This document shows, piece by piece, positions 12,079-22,486 of a DNA stretch of 64,000 bases; positions within the stretch are counted from its first letter, which is position 1; each line of letters opens with the position of its first letter. The notes under the pieces are model-generated. The model did not search any database. It saw only the letters and a list, made by a program, of their open reading frames with translations, and was not told the origin of the DNA. The stretch comes from an uncultured Acidobacteriota bacterium (lineage in GTDB: Bacteria > Acidobacteriota > Blastocatellia > RBC074): NCBI GenBank assembly GCA_963796275.1, contig CAWCKY010000002.1, positions 576,001 through 640,000 on the forward strand, given 5' to 3'. Made by a program: the position numbers and the translations under genes.

Positions 12079-12849
12079 CTGCGAAATAAATCGGACCAAA
12101 GCTGGATTCACCTTGGTATAGATGAGCCTTATTTTGCTGTATTGACTGAGGATAGATTTCGTCGCGAGAATCTTAATGACGAGTCGCTCAAGGAGTTCTT
12201 CAAATCGGGTGAGAAATATATCGACCAGATACTCGGCATGATTCGCACACATCTTGACCCGACCTTTCAACCGAAAAGAGCGTTAGACTTCGGTTGCGGA
12301 GTGGGCCGCTTGATAATTCCACTCGCTCGGATTTGCGACATGGTTACGGGTGTCGATGTTTCCAGTCATATGTTGCGTGAAGCGAGGAAAAACTGTGAGC
12401 TCAGAGGGGTAGACAACATAGAACTGGTCGGATCGGATGACTCATTATCAGCTGTCCCAGGCACATTTGACTTCCTCCACTCGTACATCGTTTTCCAGCA
12501 CATTCCCATTGAAAGAGGAGAGCAGATAATGAGGAATTTGATTCTCCGGCTGCAGGAGAACGGCATCGGTGTCTTGCATGTTACCTATTACACGGAGCTT
12601 TCGAAGATCAAAAAGTTTTTGTATCGCGTCCGAAGGTCATCCAAGCTCTTTCATACGCTCTTGAACATCGGTGAAGGCAAAAGCATTAACGATCCTATGA
12701 TACAGATGAACGAATATAATTTGAACAACCTGTTGTTAATCATGCAGCAAGCAGGCTGTCATCATACTTATATTCGCTTCACCACTCACTCTGAGCATCT
12801 CGGAGTCGTCTTCTTTTTTCAAAAGAAAAACTCTATATCTAAATTGTAA
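12079..12849 (+). CDS. Class I SAM-dependent methyltransferase; probable non-canonical start (CTG 12079 or ATT 12076)
   Basis: Motif I LDFGCGVGR. The frame is open upstream of TTG 12142 back to a stop at 12031, through W..LG.DEPYFAVL. GGAGG at 12066-12070 and TATAAT at 12029-12034. Confidence 0.8.
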   Translation: MRNKSDQSWIHLGIDEPYFAVLTEDRFRRENLNDESLKEFFKSGEKYIDQILGMIRTHLDPTFQPKRALDFGCGVGRLIIPLARICDMVTGVDVSSHMLREARKNCELRGVDNIELVGSDDSLSAVPGTFDFLHSYIVFQHIPIERGEQIMRNLILRLQENGIGVLHVTYYTELSKIKKFLYRVRRSSKLFHTLLNIGEGKSINDPMIQMNEYNLNNLLLIMQQAGCHHTYIRFTTHSEHLGVVFFFQKKNSISKL

Positions 12850-12944
12850 GCGGCAGCCGGCTGCAGAGGGACGAAAACAATTTTTCGCGTATTGTTAGCA
12901 TTCTGGGCATCGAATAGCGCCTTTATCAAGTAGGAGGTGATTTT

Positions 12945-14132
12945 ATGATCGCAAAAGCTGAACCAAAACGCTATGTCCTGTCGGAAGACATTCTGGCCCG
13001 ATGCCTCGAGCGCGCTCCGGTTTATGACCGCGAGAATCGTTTCTTTTATGAAGACTTGGAAGAATTGCGCCAGGCCGGCTATCTGACTATGGCTGTCCCC
13101 CGGGAGTTGGGCGGCATAGGGAAAACGCTTGCGGAAACGTGTCAGGAGCAGCGCCGTCTCGCTTATTATGCGCCAGCCACCGCGCTGGGGATCAATATGC
13201 ATCTTTATTGGACCGGGGTCGCCGCCGACTTATGGCGTTCCGGCGACAAATCTCTCGAGTGGCTCCTGAAAGCCGCGATGCAGGGAGATGTCTTCGCCGC
13301 CGGTCACGCGGAGAGCGGAAATGACATCCCATTGCTGCTTTCGACTACGAAGGCTGAGCGCGTAGAAGGCGGCTATCGATTCACCGGACACAAATCTTTC
13401 GGCAGCCTCTCGCCGGTCTGGACCTATTTGGGTCTGCACGGAATGGATACCAGCGACCCGCAGTCGCCCAAGATCATCCATGCATTCATGCACCGCAGCA
13501 CGGAAGGCTGGACGATCAAGCAGACATGGGACACTCTCGGAATGCGCGCGACAGCCAGCGAGGACACGATCCTGAAGGAAGCCTTCGTACCCGACAACCA
13601 TATCGCACGCATCGTTCCGGCCGGAGCAGCCGGTTTGGACCAGTTCGTGCTTACGACATTTGCCTGGGCCCTGTTCGGATTCGCCAATGTTTATTATGGA
13701 ATGGCCAGTCGTGCGCTCGATCTGACAGTCGAGAGCGTCAAAAAGAAGAACTCGGTGAGTATGTCACGCTCTATGGCTTATCACGCTGGGATTCAACATA
13801 ACATCGCCGAAATGGTAATGGAGCTCGAGGCTATCGAGCCGCACCTCGAGAAGACCGCTCAAGATTGGTCGCTCGGGGTTGATTACGGAATGGCCTGGGT
13901 CACCAAGATCATCGCCGCTAAATACCGGGCGGTCGAAGGTTCGTGGCGCGTGATCGACATGGCGCTCGACCTCGCAGGGGGCTTCGGTATCTTCAAAGCG
14001 GCACCATTTGAGCGTTTATTCCGCGATGCGAGATTAGGCCGTATCCATCCGGCCAACAGTTTGCTGACGCACGAACTCATCGGCAAACTCACGCTCGGAA
14101 TCAATCCCGATGAGCAGCCGCGCTGGGGATAA
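12945..14132 (+). CDS. Acyl-CoA dehydrogenase family flavoprotein (SfnB/DszC-like)
   Basis: VPRELGG.G, INMH, GHKSFGSLS, WDTLGMRATAS, ERLFRDARLG; AGGAGG RBS. Confidence 0.88.
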   Translation: MIAKAEPKRYVLSEDILARCLERAPVYDRENRFFYEDLEELRQAGYLTMAVPRELGGIGKTLAETCQEQRRLAYYAPATALGINMHLYWTGVAADLWRSGDKSLEWLLKAAMQGDVFAAGHAESGNDIPLLLSTTKAERVEGGYRFTGHKSFGSLSPVWTYLGLHGMDTSDPQSPKIIHAFMHRSTEGWTIKQTWDTLGMRATASEDTILKEAFVPDNHIARIVPAGAAGLDQFVLTTFAWALFGFANVYYGMASRALDLTVESVKKKNSVSMSRSMAYHAGIQHNIAEMVMELEAIEPHLEKTAQDWSLGVDYGMAWVTKIIAAKYRAVEGSWRVIDMALDLAGGFGIFKAAPFERLFRDARLGRIHPANSLLTHELIGKLTLGINPDEQPRWG

Positions 14133-14133
14133 C

Positions 14134-14400
14134 TCAGACGAACATTGCAGGGCTGATTTCAAGCGACACTTCCGAAATTTTATCTACCGGCATACCGGCG
14201 AGTCTGGCGTGTTCCCGTATTGCTTCCGGGCTGGGCGCGTCATACTCGCAGTAGATTTTGCCTTCCGCTTCAGAGACGTAACTCCTGATCCAGACAATAC
14301 CGGGCACCTGCGCAATCGCGCGATTAGACCTCCGACCGGCAGCATCCAACTCCTCTGCCGACAGCAGACCCACAGAGCGTTCGATGATGTATCTTGGCAT
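14134..14400 (-). CDS. DUF4242 (SCO4226-like) small putative metal-binding protein
   Basis: MPRYIIER..WIRSYV..KIYCEYDAPSPEAIREHA..GMPVDKISEV; GGAGGA RBS before ATG 14400. Confidence 0.8.
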   Translation of the reverse strand: MPRYIIERSVGLLSAEELDAAGRRSNRAIAQVPGIVWIRSYVSEAEGKIYCEYDAPSPEAIREHARLAGMPVDKISEVSLEISPAMFV

Positions 14401-14499
14401 TTTTCCTCCTCCGAAAAACAGATCTTCGGTTTTCAGTATCCAGGTGCTAATTAAAATCGATTCCGTTGAAACTGAACCGAATCCGTTTATCACTCGTGA

Positions 14500-17400
14500 T
14501 CACCCATAAAGTTGGCTGCAAGCTTCTTGCAACTGTTCGCTCCTGATTTCGCCGGCGATGGCCTGAGCCTGATCGAGGAATTCGCGCGATCGCTCGGGCT
14601 CGCTCTTTACATAGACTTTGGCCAGATGATGCAGCATCCATCCTTCGCCCTGACGATCGCCGATTTCGCGACGCAGCATCAGAGAAGCGCGGTAATGATC
14701 GGCCGCCCTCTCAAACAGTCCGGTCTCGCTCATTACATCCCCCAGTGCTGCCAGCGCGTGTCCTTCAAAAAGCTTCTGCCCCGAGGCGCGAAGAATCGAA
14801 ATCGCTTCCTCGAGTCGAGACTCCGCTTCGTCGAATCGCCCCATCGCTTTCAGCGTGGCACCGATGCTGCTCAGCATCAGACCCGTATTGACCCGATCAC
14901 CCAGTTCCTCAAAAACTCGCCGGGCATTTTCATAGTGTTCCAGCGCCCGCCCGTAATTTGCCCGCTCCCAATCGACAATTCCCAAGGTATTGAGCAGATC
15001 ACCCATCTGGGCTTTATCCCCCGTAACCGCGGTGAGGTCGAGCGCTTCTTGATAGTATCGGAGCGCAGGCTCTTGACTGCCTTCCTGCCTGGCCTCCCGG
15101 CCCAGCCTCTTCAAGGCAGTAATGAGACTGGTCAGGGCCATCCGTTCCATCTCCCTGTCTCCGAGCTGAGAGAAGAGATCGGCTGCCTCCGCTAAAATCG
15201 GTTGAGCTTCCTCCACTCTAGCCACCTCAAGAAGTCGTTGCCCGCAAACATTGAGCGCCTGCGCTAGCTCGGTCTTGATGTCGAGGCTTCGGATCAGCGA
15301 AACAAGCTCCTGGCAAAGTCGCAGGCATTCTTCCGACTTGCCCTGCTCCCAGCACAAACCGGCCAAATTTTTGGTGTTGATCATTTGCGCGACTGGCATG
15401 TGGTTTTGCCTAGCTATTTCAATGCCCTCCTCTAACATTTGAATCGCTTTTTCGATCTCACCCAGATCCCTGTGCACATTAGCCAGAATGCCGAGGGCGT
15501 AGACCTGAAATGAATACCTTCCCAGTGTTACGCTGAGTTGTTCCGCCTCTTCTAAAAATTCGAGGGCTTTCTGAGGCTCGCCTCGAGCGCGCAGAAGCGC
15601 GCCGATGTTGGTGAGGTCCTGCATATATCCGGCGGCGTCATTCATCTCCCGGTCCATCTCGAGAGCTGAGCGAGTGTATGACATAGCCTCATCATTGCGC
15701 CCCTGCTGCCAGTAGAGAAATCCCAGACTCCGGAGGGTGCGACGCTCATCGACCCGGTCTGAAAGCGACTGCTGAATAGTGAGTGATTCGTTAAGCAAGC
15801 GTTCCGCTTCTGCAAATCGTTGGAGCAGCGTATAGAGTTCTCCCTGACGAATGTAAACCTCGGCCAGCAATGTCTGATCGCTCTCCGGGTCGAGCAGCGA
15901 GAGGGTCCGATCGATGAATGCCTGCTGCCGCTCGCGAAGACCGAGCGTTTCGCACAGGCGTTCCTGTGCTAGCAGTACATGAACGAGGGAATTCTTATGC
16001 TCTCCGTTGTCCGGTAGCTTCAATATCCAGCCTTCGACTTTTTCGAGCGTGCCGAGGGCCTCCGTAAACCTGATGAGTTTGACGGCACGCTTCGCCGCCT
16101 CGCGCCCGTAGGTCACCGCCTTAGCCCAGTTCTCTGCTCGGCTGAAATGATAGGCAAGGAGATCGAAACGTTCTTCGATTCGCTCACGCGACATATCCTC
16201 GATTGCGCGCCCGACCGATTCATGAAGACTGCGCCGCTGATGCAGGAGCATACTGTCGTAAACAACTTCCTGTGTCAGCATATGATTGAACTGATATGTC
16301 GCCTCCGGCAGAACTCGTACCTGATGAATCAATCCCATGGCCTGTAACTTTTCCAGGCAGTGCGAGAGTCGATGCCGGCTCTCAAAGGTGAGTTCGAGGA
16401 TCGGTCGATTGAACTCATGCCCTATGACTGATGCATGGCGCAGCGCTTTCCGGGTCTCTCGATCCAGCCGATCGAAGCGCACACGAATGACCGCCTGCAC
16501 CGTGTCCGGCAGATCGAACTCTTCCAGAGAACCGTTCAATTTGGCCTCACGATCGACGACCATAATCCTCCCGTTCTCTATCGAGGTCAGGCAGACTTCC
16601 TCGATGAAGAACGGGTTCCCTCCCGTTCGCCGATAAAGCAGGTCTCCCAGCCCTTCGGGTAAAGCATCCGCCTTGAGTATGGCTTTCACGATGCTGACCG
16701 AATGCGCAGCACCCAGTGGCCCGAGATAGATCTGAGTGTGATGGCTCAAATATGCCGAATCGAAGGAACGCTCGGGGCGGCAGGTGACGATAATCATTAG
16801 CGGGTATTCGGCCGCCATGCGGACCAATTTCTTGAGCGCTTCTTCCGACGCCTCATCCGCCCAATGCCAATCTTCGAGGAGCATAAGTGACGGGCCACGT
16901 TTCGTCCCGAGCGTGAATATGGCCGAGAGCGCTTCAAGGATGGCAAGGCGGAGGTCCGCACCCTGCAGAGGTTCCGGGATCGGATACTCTTCGCTCGGCA
17001 GCGACAACAGATGAAGGTAGAGCGGGATATAAATATCCAGATTGCTATCAATCGCGCGAATGCCTTCAACCGTGCGCGACAACAAACCGACCGGGGAATC
17101 ATTCTCCTGCAGGTTTAGCGCGTCTCGCAAAACATCGATGAAAGGCTGATACGGTATGTTGCCGCCATATGATTCGCAGCGGCCCTGCAAAATAGTGGCC
17201 GGCATCTCTCTCAGAGAGCGGCGAAACTCGAGCAGCAGACGGCTCTTGCCCGCCCCCGCTTCGCCGACGACGCTTACCACCTGCCCTTCTCCTTTGAGAG
17301 CTTTGTCATAAATGTCCTGAAGCGTGATGAGCTCTTTCTCCCGGCCAGTATATCGGGTCAGTCCAAGCGACTGAGCAGCTTCCAGCCTGGTCTGTGCCCC

Positions 17401-19203
17401 CGACTCGCACAGAACTCGGTATGACATCACCGGGCCCGACTTCGGTTTGAGCGGTAGAGGTCGTCCGAGTTCCGTCTTGAAGAAAGGCGCTACCAACCTG
17501 CGGGTCTCCTCACCGAGGAGTATTTCATCGGATTCCGCCTGTGCGGCCAGTTTGGCGGCAATCTGCAGCGCCTCTCCCGTCACCCTGTACTTCTCACCCG
17601 ATCCCGCCTGATGTTGTGCTACAACCGGACCGGTGCTGACCCCGGTAGACAGGCGGATAACCTGGTTGAGTCGTCGTTCGTGTTCACCTGTCAGTTCGCG
17701 CACCCGAGCGTGGAATTCGAGGCTCGCCCGCACAGCGCGAACAAAGTGGTCTTCGTATGTGGCGGGGATGCCGAAAAGTGCGGTAATCCCGTCGCCGGTG
17801 AGCTGCATTACCATTCCACCGTGCTTTTCCACAATTTCGACGACAGCTGTTTTGACGTTTGCAACGATCTGTTCGACCTCTTCTGATGCGAGCTGTTCCA
17901 CCAGCCCCGCGTATCCGGATAGGCTCGAGCAAACTACCGCCGCCTGTCTGCGCTCATTTTCGAGCGGCTGAATGGGTTGCGTCCCCAGATTTGAAATCGT
18001 CGGCAACTCCTCTGTAGCTGTCAAAGATGAACCGCACTTACAGCAGAAGAGGTGAGCGGCCGGATTCTCCTGCCCGCACTGCGGACACGCTATCCGCGGT
18101 AGAATCGTTCTCGATTCCTGCAGGTACTGCAGATTCTTGAGGTCGCGCTGCAACTCCTCGACCTTTTGATACCTATCATCCAGCTTCTTCTCCAAAGCCT
18201 TCCGCACGATCCTATCCATATCCGGAGGCATTCCCGGAGTGGATCGGGCGAGCGGCACCAGTTCTCTTTCAAGGATTGCAGCCATAACATCGCTCGGGGT
18301 CTTTCCCGTAAAGGGTCTGCTTCCGGCGACCATTTCATAAAGCACGACCCCAAGGCTGAATATATCGCTGCGAGCCTCCACCTCGATCCCGCGCACCTGC
18401 TCCGGCGACATATACTGCGGCGTCCCCATAACCAATCCCGGCAACGTGTTGATCCCGGTTTTGGCCTCGCTCTCGGCAGCAGCCACCGCATTTGCGGATG
18501 GACGTCGTTCGAGCAGCTTGGCCAAGCCGAAGTCGAGCACCTTGATCAAGCCGTCGCGCCGCATCATGATGTTCTCCGGCTTGATATCGCGATGAACTAT
18601 TCCTACCTCGTGCGCCGCCGCGAGCGCCATCGATGTCTGGACGGCAACATCGAGCGCAAAGCCGATCTCCAAGGGCCCGCACGACATCTGCTGCCGCAGA
18701 GTTTGCCCTTCAATATACTCGGTGGCGATGAAGTTTCTCCCCTCCGCCCATCCGATCTCATAAATAGTGATGATGTTCGGGTGATTAAGGGCTGAGGCAG
18801 CTCTCGCCTCCCGATCAAAACGCTTGACTCTCTCCTCATCCCGGGTGAACTCTTCCGGCAACACCTTGAGCGCAACCTTACGCCCGAGCCTGGTGTCAAG
18901 CGCCAGGTAGACCTCGCTCATCCCGCCCGCGCCTAACAACGATATGATTTGATAATGGCTTATGCATCGCCCGATGAGCGAAGCGATTTGCGGTTTTGGG
19001 ATGAGGCTGGCGGCCACTTCCAGCGCGGTGGTAGCGAAGTAATCGGCGGCCGGTTGTTGTGCTGCGAGCAGCGACTCTACCTCGCGCCTCAATTCTTCGT
19101 CGGCTCCGCAGACTGCGTCGAGGAATGCGACGCGCTCGTCCGGATCAAGGTCCAAAGCCGCTTGATAAAGCCGGGCGACTTGTCGATACCGTTCCGAATT
19201 CAT
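14500..19203 (-). CDS. Multidomain protein: Hanks Ser/Thr kinase, zinc ribbon, degenerate class III cyclase, AAA/STAND ATPase, TPR repeats
   Basis: Kinase motifs GAGGMSEV, VALK, HRDIKPEN, DFG, YMSPE; CPQC..CCKC; cyclase-like ERRQ..GDG.TALFG; Walker A GEAGAGKS; Walker B LLEDWHWAD; GGNPFFIEE; C-terminal TPRs. Confidence 0.9.
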   Translation of the reverse strand: MNSERYRQVARLYQAALDLDPDERVAFLDAVCGADEELRREVESLLAAQQPAADYFATTALEVAASLIPKPQIASLIGRCISHYQIISLLGAGGMSEVYLALDTRLGRKVALKVLPEEFTRDEERVKRFDREARAASALNHPNIITIYEIGWAEGRNFIATEYIEGQTLRQQMSCGPLEIGFALDVAVQTSMALAAAHEVGIVHRDIKPENIMMRRDGLIKVLDFGLAKLLERRPSANAVAAAESEAKTGINTLPGLVMGTPQYMSPEQVRGIEVEARSDIFSLGVVLYEMVAGSRPFTGKTPSDVMAAILERELVPLARSTPGMPPDMDRIVRKALEKKLDDRYQKVEELQRDLKNLQYLQESRTILPRIACPQCGQENPAAHLFCCKCGSSLTATEELPTISNLGTQPIQPLENERRQAAVVCSSLSGYAGLVEQLASEEVEQIVANVKTAVVEIVEKHGGMVMQLTGDGITALFGIPATYEDHFVRAVRASLEFHARVRELTGEHERRLNQVIRLSTGVSTGPVVAQHQAGSGEKYRVTGEALQIAAKLAAQAESDEILLGEETRRLVAPFFKTELGRPLPLKPKSGPVMSYRVLCESGAQTRLEAAQSLGLTRYTGREKELITLQDIYDKALKGEGQVVSVVGEAGAGKSRLLLEFRRSLREMPATILQGRCESYGGNIPYQPFIDVLRDALNLQENDSPVGLLSRTVEGIRAIDSNLDIYIPLYLHLLSLPSEEYPIPEPLQGADLRLAILEALSAIFTLGTKRGPSLMLLEDWHWADEASEEALKKLVRMAAEYPLMIIVTCRPERSFDSAYLSHHTQIYLGPLGAAHSVSIVKAILKADALPEGLGDLLYRRTGGNPFFIEEVCLTSIENGRIMVVDREAKLNGSLEEFDLPDTVQAVIRVRFDRLDRETRKALRHASVIGHEFNRPILELTFESRHRLSHCLEKLQAMGLIHQVRVLPEATYQFNHMLTQEVVYDSMLLHQRRSLHESVGRAIEDMSRERIEERFDLLAYHFSRAENWAKAVTYGREAAKRAVKLIRFTEALGTLEKVEGWILKLPDNGEHKNSLVHVLLAQERLCETLGLRERQQAFIDRTLSLLDPESDQTLLAEVYIRQGELYTLLQRFAEAERLLNESLTIQQSLSDRVDERRTLRSLGFLYWQQGRNDEAMSYTRSALEMDREMNDAAGYMQDLTNIGALLRARGEPQKALEFLEEAEQLSVTLGRYSFQVYALGILANVHRDLGEIEKAIQMLEEGIEIARQNHMPVAQMINTKNLAGLCWEQGKSEECLRLCQELVSLIRSLDIKTELAQALNVCGQRLLEVARVEEAQPILAEAADLFSQLGDREMERMALTSLITALKRLGREARQEGSQEPALRYYQEALDLTAVTGDKAQMGDLLNTLGIVDWERANYGRALEHYENARRVFEELGDRVNTGLMLSSIGATLKAMGRFDEAESRLEEAISILRASGQKLFEGHALAALGDVMSETGLFERAADHYRASLMLRREIGDRQGEGWMLHHLAKVYVKSEPERSREFLDQAQAIAGEIRSEQLQEACSQLYG

Positions 19204-19316
19204 AAAAGAAGTAAGTTAGCACAGTCGGACAGGGCATACTACCTGATTTGACTGTGGGTTGAAGGCTGATCACGGCTGTTTGGCGAAGCAACATCTTTGA
19301 CAGCTATTTTCGATAA

Positions 19317-19899
19317 CTATTTTTGATAGCCATCTTTGCACAGCTCGCGGTAGAGCCATGCCTGTGCCAGGTTCAGATCGCGCCTCACCGTGCCTACCGA
19401 GACATCGAGCGATTCGGCGGCTTCTTTGTAACTCAACCCGGCAAAATAACACAATTCGACCACGCGGGCATGCCCGCGGATCTAGTTTCTCCAATGCCTG
19501 AAGAGCGTCGTCCAGCGCGATCAGGTCCGGTGACCGCTCCCGGGCGAGGCCGGATACTTCTGATAATGAGACCCGCATTGCATCGCCGCCGCGTTTTTCG
19601 CGGCGCTGAGAGCGAGCGAAATCGACCAGGATGCGCCTCATGATCCGCGCCGCCAACCCGTAAAAATGGGCGCGATTCTTCCACTGCACATTCTTCCAAT
19701 CGATCAACCTGAGGTAAGCCTCATTGACCAGAGCGGTTGCCTGCAGAACGTGCCCCGGGCGTTCGCCTGCCATATAACGTTGGGCGAGCCGATGCAACTC
19801 CCCATGGACTAAAGGCGCGAGCCGCTCCAATGCCAGCGTATCGCCATCGTTCCAGGCGACGAGTAGTTGCGTGATCTCATGTGTCGAGGGATTGGCCAT
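19317..19899 (-). CDS. ECF sigma factor (kinase-associated, TIGR02999-like) with a +1 frameshift near 19473-19475
   Basis: EITQLLVAW..LQATALVNEAYLRL..RAHFYG..MRRILVD. Removing one base restores sigma4 DPRHARVVELCYFAGLSYKEAAESLDVSVGTVRRDLNLAQAWLYREL, ending at TAG 19317-19319. Confidence 0.85.
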
Positions 19900-20135
19900 A
19901 GTATCTCGCCAGATTGATACTCGGAGTAATCTGTTGCACGAAGATTGATTTCTTCTTAGTTATAATACATCCACGCTCTATACTCCCACGCGAGCAATAA
20001 AGCAATAGCGCAGGACGCCCGATGCCGGCGGGGCTTATCTAGGCACTGAAATGATATTAATTCCACGTGCCCAGCTGAATCCTTGTATTCCGTTGGGCGA
20101 TCGAGTAATTTTCATCGGTAATCCCCTAGCATTCA

Positions 20136-20177
20136 GCCGTAAAAGTTGTGTTGTAAAAGTTGTGCCGTAAAAGTTGT
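20136..20177 (+). repeat. Three copies of a 14-bp tandem repeat upstream of the DUF1549 gene
   Basis: gccgtaaaagttgt / gttgtaaaagttgt / gccgtaaaagttgt. Confidence 0.85.
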
Positions 20178-20200
20178 GATGATCACTGGAGGAAAATCTT

Positions 20201-22459
20201 ATGACGGCTACCAGGCATCTCAAGAGCGGTCTTCTACTCCTGGCCTTGGTCTGCACCACGCAGGCGTTTGACGATGATCACAAGTTCAGCGATGCCGAAC
20301 TTAACTACTGGGCCTATCAGAAAGTGCACAAACCGGCGATACCGGCAGTACGAGATCGCGCCTGGGTAAAAACTCCGGTCGACGCTTTCATCCTCAAGGA
20401 ATTGGAGGCGAAACAGCTCAGGCCGACGCCTCGCGCAGACAAAATCACGCTCTTGCGGCGAGCAAGCTTCGATCTGACAGGGCTGCCGCCCACGCCGGCG
20501 GAGGTTAAAGCCTTTGTGAGCGATAACTCGCCGAATGCGTTCGAGAAGGTTGTCGACCGGCTGCTCGCATCGCCGCACTACGGCGAGAAGTGGGCGCGGC
20601 ACTGGCTCGACCTGGCGCGCTACGCGGAGAGCGAAGGATTCAAGAGCGACGAGACGCGGCCCAACGCCTGGCGATACCGCGACTACGTGATCAAATCTTT
20701 CAATCAAGATAAGCCGTACGACCGGTTCATCAAGGAGCAGATCGCCGGCGATGAATTATGGCCTGATGACCCTGACGCCGTGGTTGCTACCGGCTTCAAT
20801 CGCCATTACCCCGACGAGAGCAACGCCCGCAATTTGATGCAACGTCGCCAGGAGATTCTCAATGACATCACCGACACGGTTGGCGCCGTCTTTATGGCGA
20901 CCACCTATGGCTGCGCGCGTTGTCACGATCATAAATACGACCCGGTCCTTCAGAAAGATTATTACCGTCTCCAGGCTTTCTTCGCAGGCGTCCGCGCGAA
21001 AGACGACTTCGTGCTGGTCGACGCCACGGCGCAGGCTGAATACAAAAAGACGCGCGCTCTCTGGGAGGAGAATACCCGAGATATCCGTGATCAGCTCGTC
21101 AAACTGGAAGAGCCGGTCATCAAGGCAATCTACAAGGAGAATTTCGACAAATACCCGCCTGAGATACGAGAGGCTATAACAACATCGCCGGAAAAGCGCG
21201 ACACCATGCAGTGGCTGATGTACCACAAGTCTAACTGGCTACTCAATTCGAATATGGATGAGGATGGCAATGGAATCGGGCAGAAACTGAAGGGCGAGCC
21301 GCGCAAGCAGTGGGATGAATTGAGAAAGCAATTGGCCGAGTTCGACGAGCTCAAACCCAAGCCACTGCCCGTCGGCTTCGGCATTACGGATGTAGGGCCT
21401 GACGCGCCTCCGACGCACACGCTCAATGCGGGCGCATACGATGCACCGGGAAATGAAGTTCAACCCGGCTTTCTGACAATCATGGATCGTGGCCCGGCGA
21501 AGATAGCTCCTCCACCAGGCGGTAAGACCACTGGCCGCCGGTCCGCCCTCGCCAACTGGTTGGCGACTCCCGACAATCCGCTGACCGCACGCGTTATGGT
21601 CAATCGCATCTGGCATTATCACTTCGGGAGAGGAATCGTGGGGACGCCCTCCGATTTCGGCATCATGAGCCAGGCCGAATCCAACCGGCCGTTGCTCGAC
21701 TGGCTCGCCACGGCATTCGTTGAAAAAGGTTGGAGCATCAAGGCTCTGCATCGCCTGGTTATGCTCTCGAATACCTACCAGCAATCTTCGGACTTCAATT
21801 CCGAAGCGGCGAAGATAGACCCGCAGAACCAACTATTATGGCGCTTCCAGCGACAGCGTCTGACCGGGGAAGAGATTCGGGATGCTATTCTGGCCGTGAG
21901 CGGGCAGCTGAATCCGGAGATGGGCGGACCCAGCGTCTTCCCTGAGATCCCCGAAGGCATGGAGGTGCGGGGCGGGTGGAAGAAGAACGAGCAGGAAGAG
22001 GCGAAGAACCGGCGCAGTATTTACGTCTTCGTACGGCGCAACTCGCGCTATCCAATGTTCCATACATTCGATATGCCAGACACCCACGAGAGTTGTCCGA
22101 TCCGCCCACACACCGTCACGGCACCGCAAGCGCTCTCGCTCTTGAACGACAAAATCATACTGCGGGCGGCGCAATCATTTGCGGGCCGCGTATTGCGGGA
22201 TTTCAGCTCGGACGTTAACGCACAGGTCTCGAGCGCCTACCGCTTCGCGCTCTCGCGCGAGCCAGACGCAACTGAACGCGAGCTTGCGCTCGCCTTCTTA
22301 CAAAAACAATCGCAGATAATCAAAGCCAGAATTGAGCAAAAGAAGCCCGTAGGATTGCCAACGGATATGAGCTCGGGTGTCGACCCCGCACACGCGGCCG
22401 CGCTGGTGGATTTCTGTCACATCCTCTTCAACGCGAATGAGTTCGTATATCTCAATTAG
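20201..22459 (+). CDS. DUF1549/DUF1553 (PSD1, planctomycete-type) protein with a CxxCH motif
   Basis: Signal peptide; LLRRASFDLTGLPP, YGEKWARHWLDLARYA, CARCHDHK, NPLTARVMVNRIW, EEIRDAILAVSG. Confidence 0.92.
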   Translation: MTATRHLKSGLLLLALVCTTQAFDDDHKFSDAELNYWAYQKVHKPAIPAVRDRAWVKTPVDAFILKELEAKQLRPTPRADKITLLRRASFDLTGLPPTPAEVKAFVSDNSPNAFEKVVDRLLASPHYGEKWARHWLDLARYAESEGFKSDETRPNAWRYRDYVIKSFNQDKPYDRFIKEQIAGDELWPDDPDAVVATGFNRHYPDESNARNLMQRRQEILNDITDTVGAVFMATTYGCARCHDHKYDPVLQKDYYRLQAFFAGVRAKDDFVLVDATAQAEYKKTRALWEENTRDIRDQLVKLEEPVIKAIYKENFDKYPPEIREAITTSPEKRDTMQWLMYHKSNWLLNSNMDEDGNGIGQKLKGEPRKQWDELRKQLAEFDELKPKPLPVGFGITDVGPDAPPTHTLNAGAYDAPGNEVQPGFLTIMDRGPAKIAPPPGGKTTGRRSALANWLATPDNPLTARVMVNRIWHYHFGRGIVGTPSDFGIMSQAESNRPLLDWLATAFVEKGWSIKALHRLVMLSNTYQQSSDFNSEAAKIDPQNQLLWRFQRQRLTGEEIRDAILAVSGQLNPEMGGPSVFPEIPEGMEVRGGWKKNEQEEAKNRRSIYVFVRRNSRYPMFHTFDMPDTHESCPIRPHTVTAPQALSLLNDKIILRAAQSFAGRVLRDFSSDVNAQVSSAYRFALSREPDATERELALAFLQKQSQIIKARIEQKKPVGLPTDMSSGVDPAHAAALVDFCHILFNANEFVYLN

Positions 22460-22486
22460 ATGGGTTTCCGCTCTTGAAACGCGCTC

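Noticed and set aside
19270-19472. C-terminal tail ACPRGRIVLF..KQP of the ECF ORF
   Set aside because: It is the out-of-frame product after the +1 insertion; the sigma4 region is encoded in the other frame.
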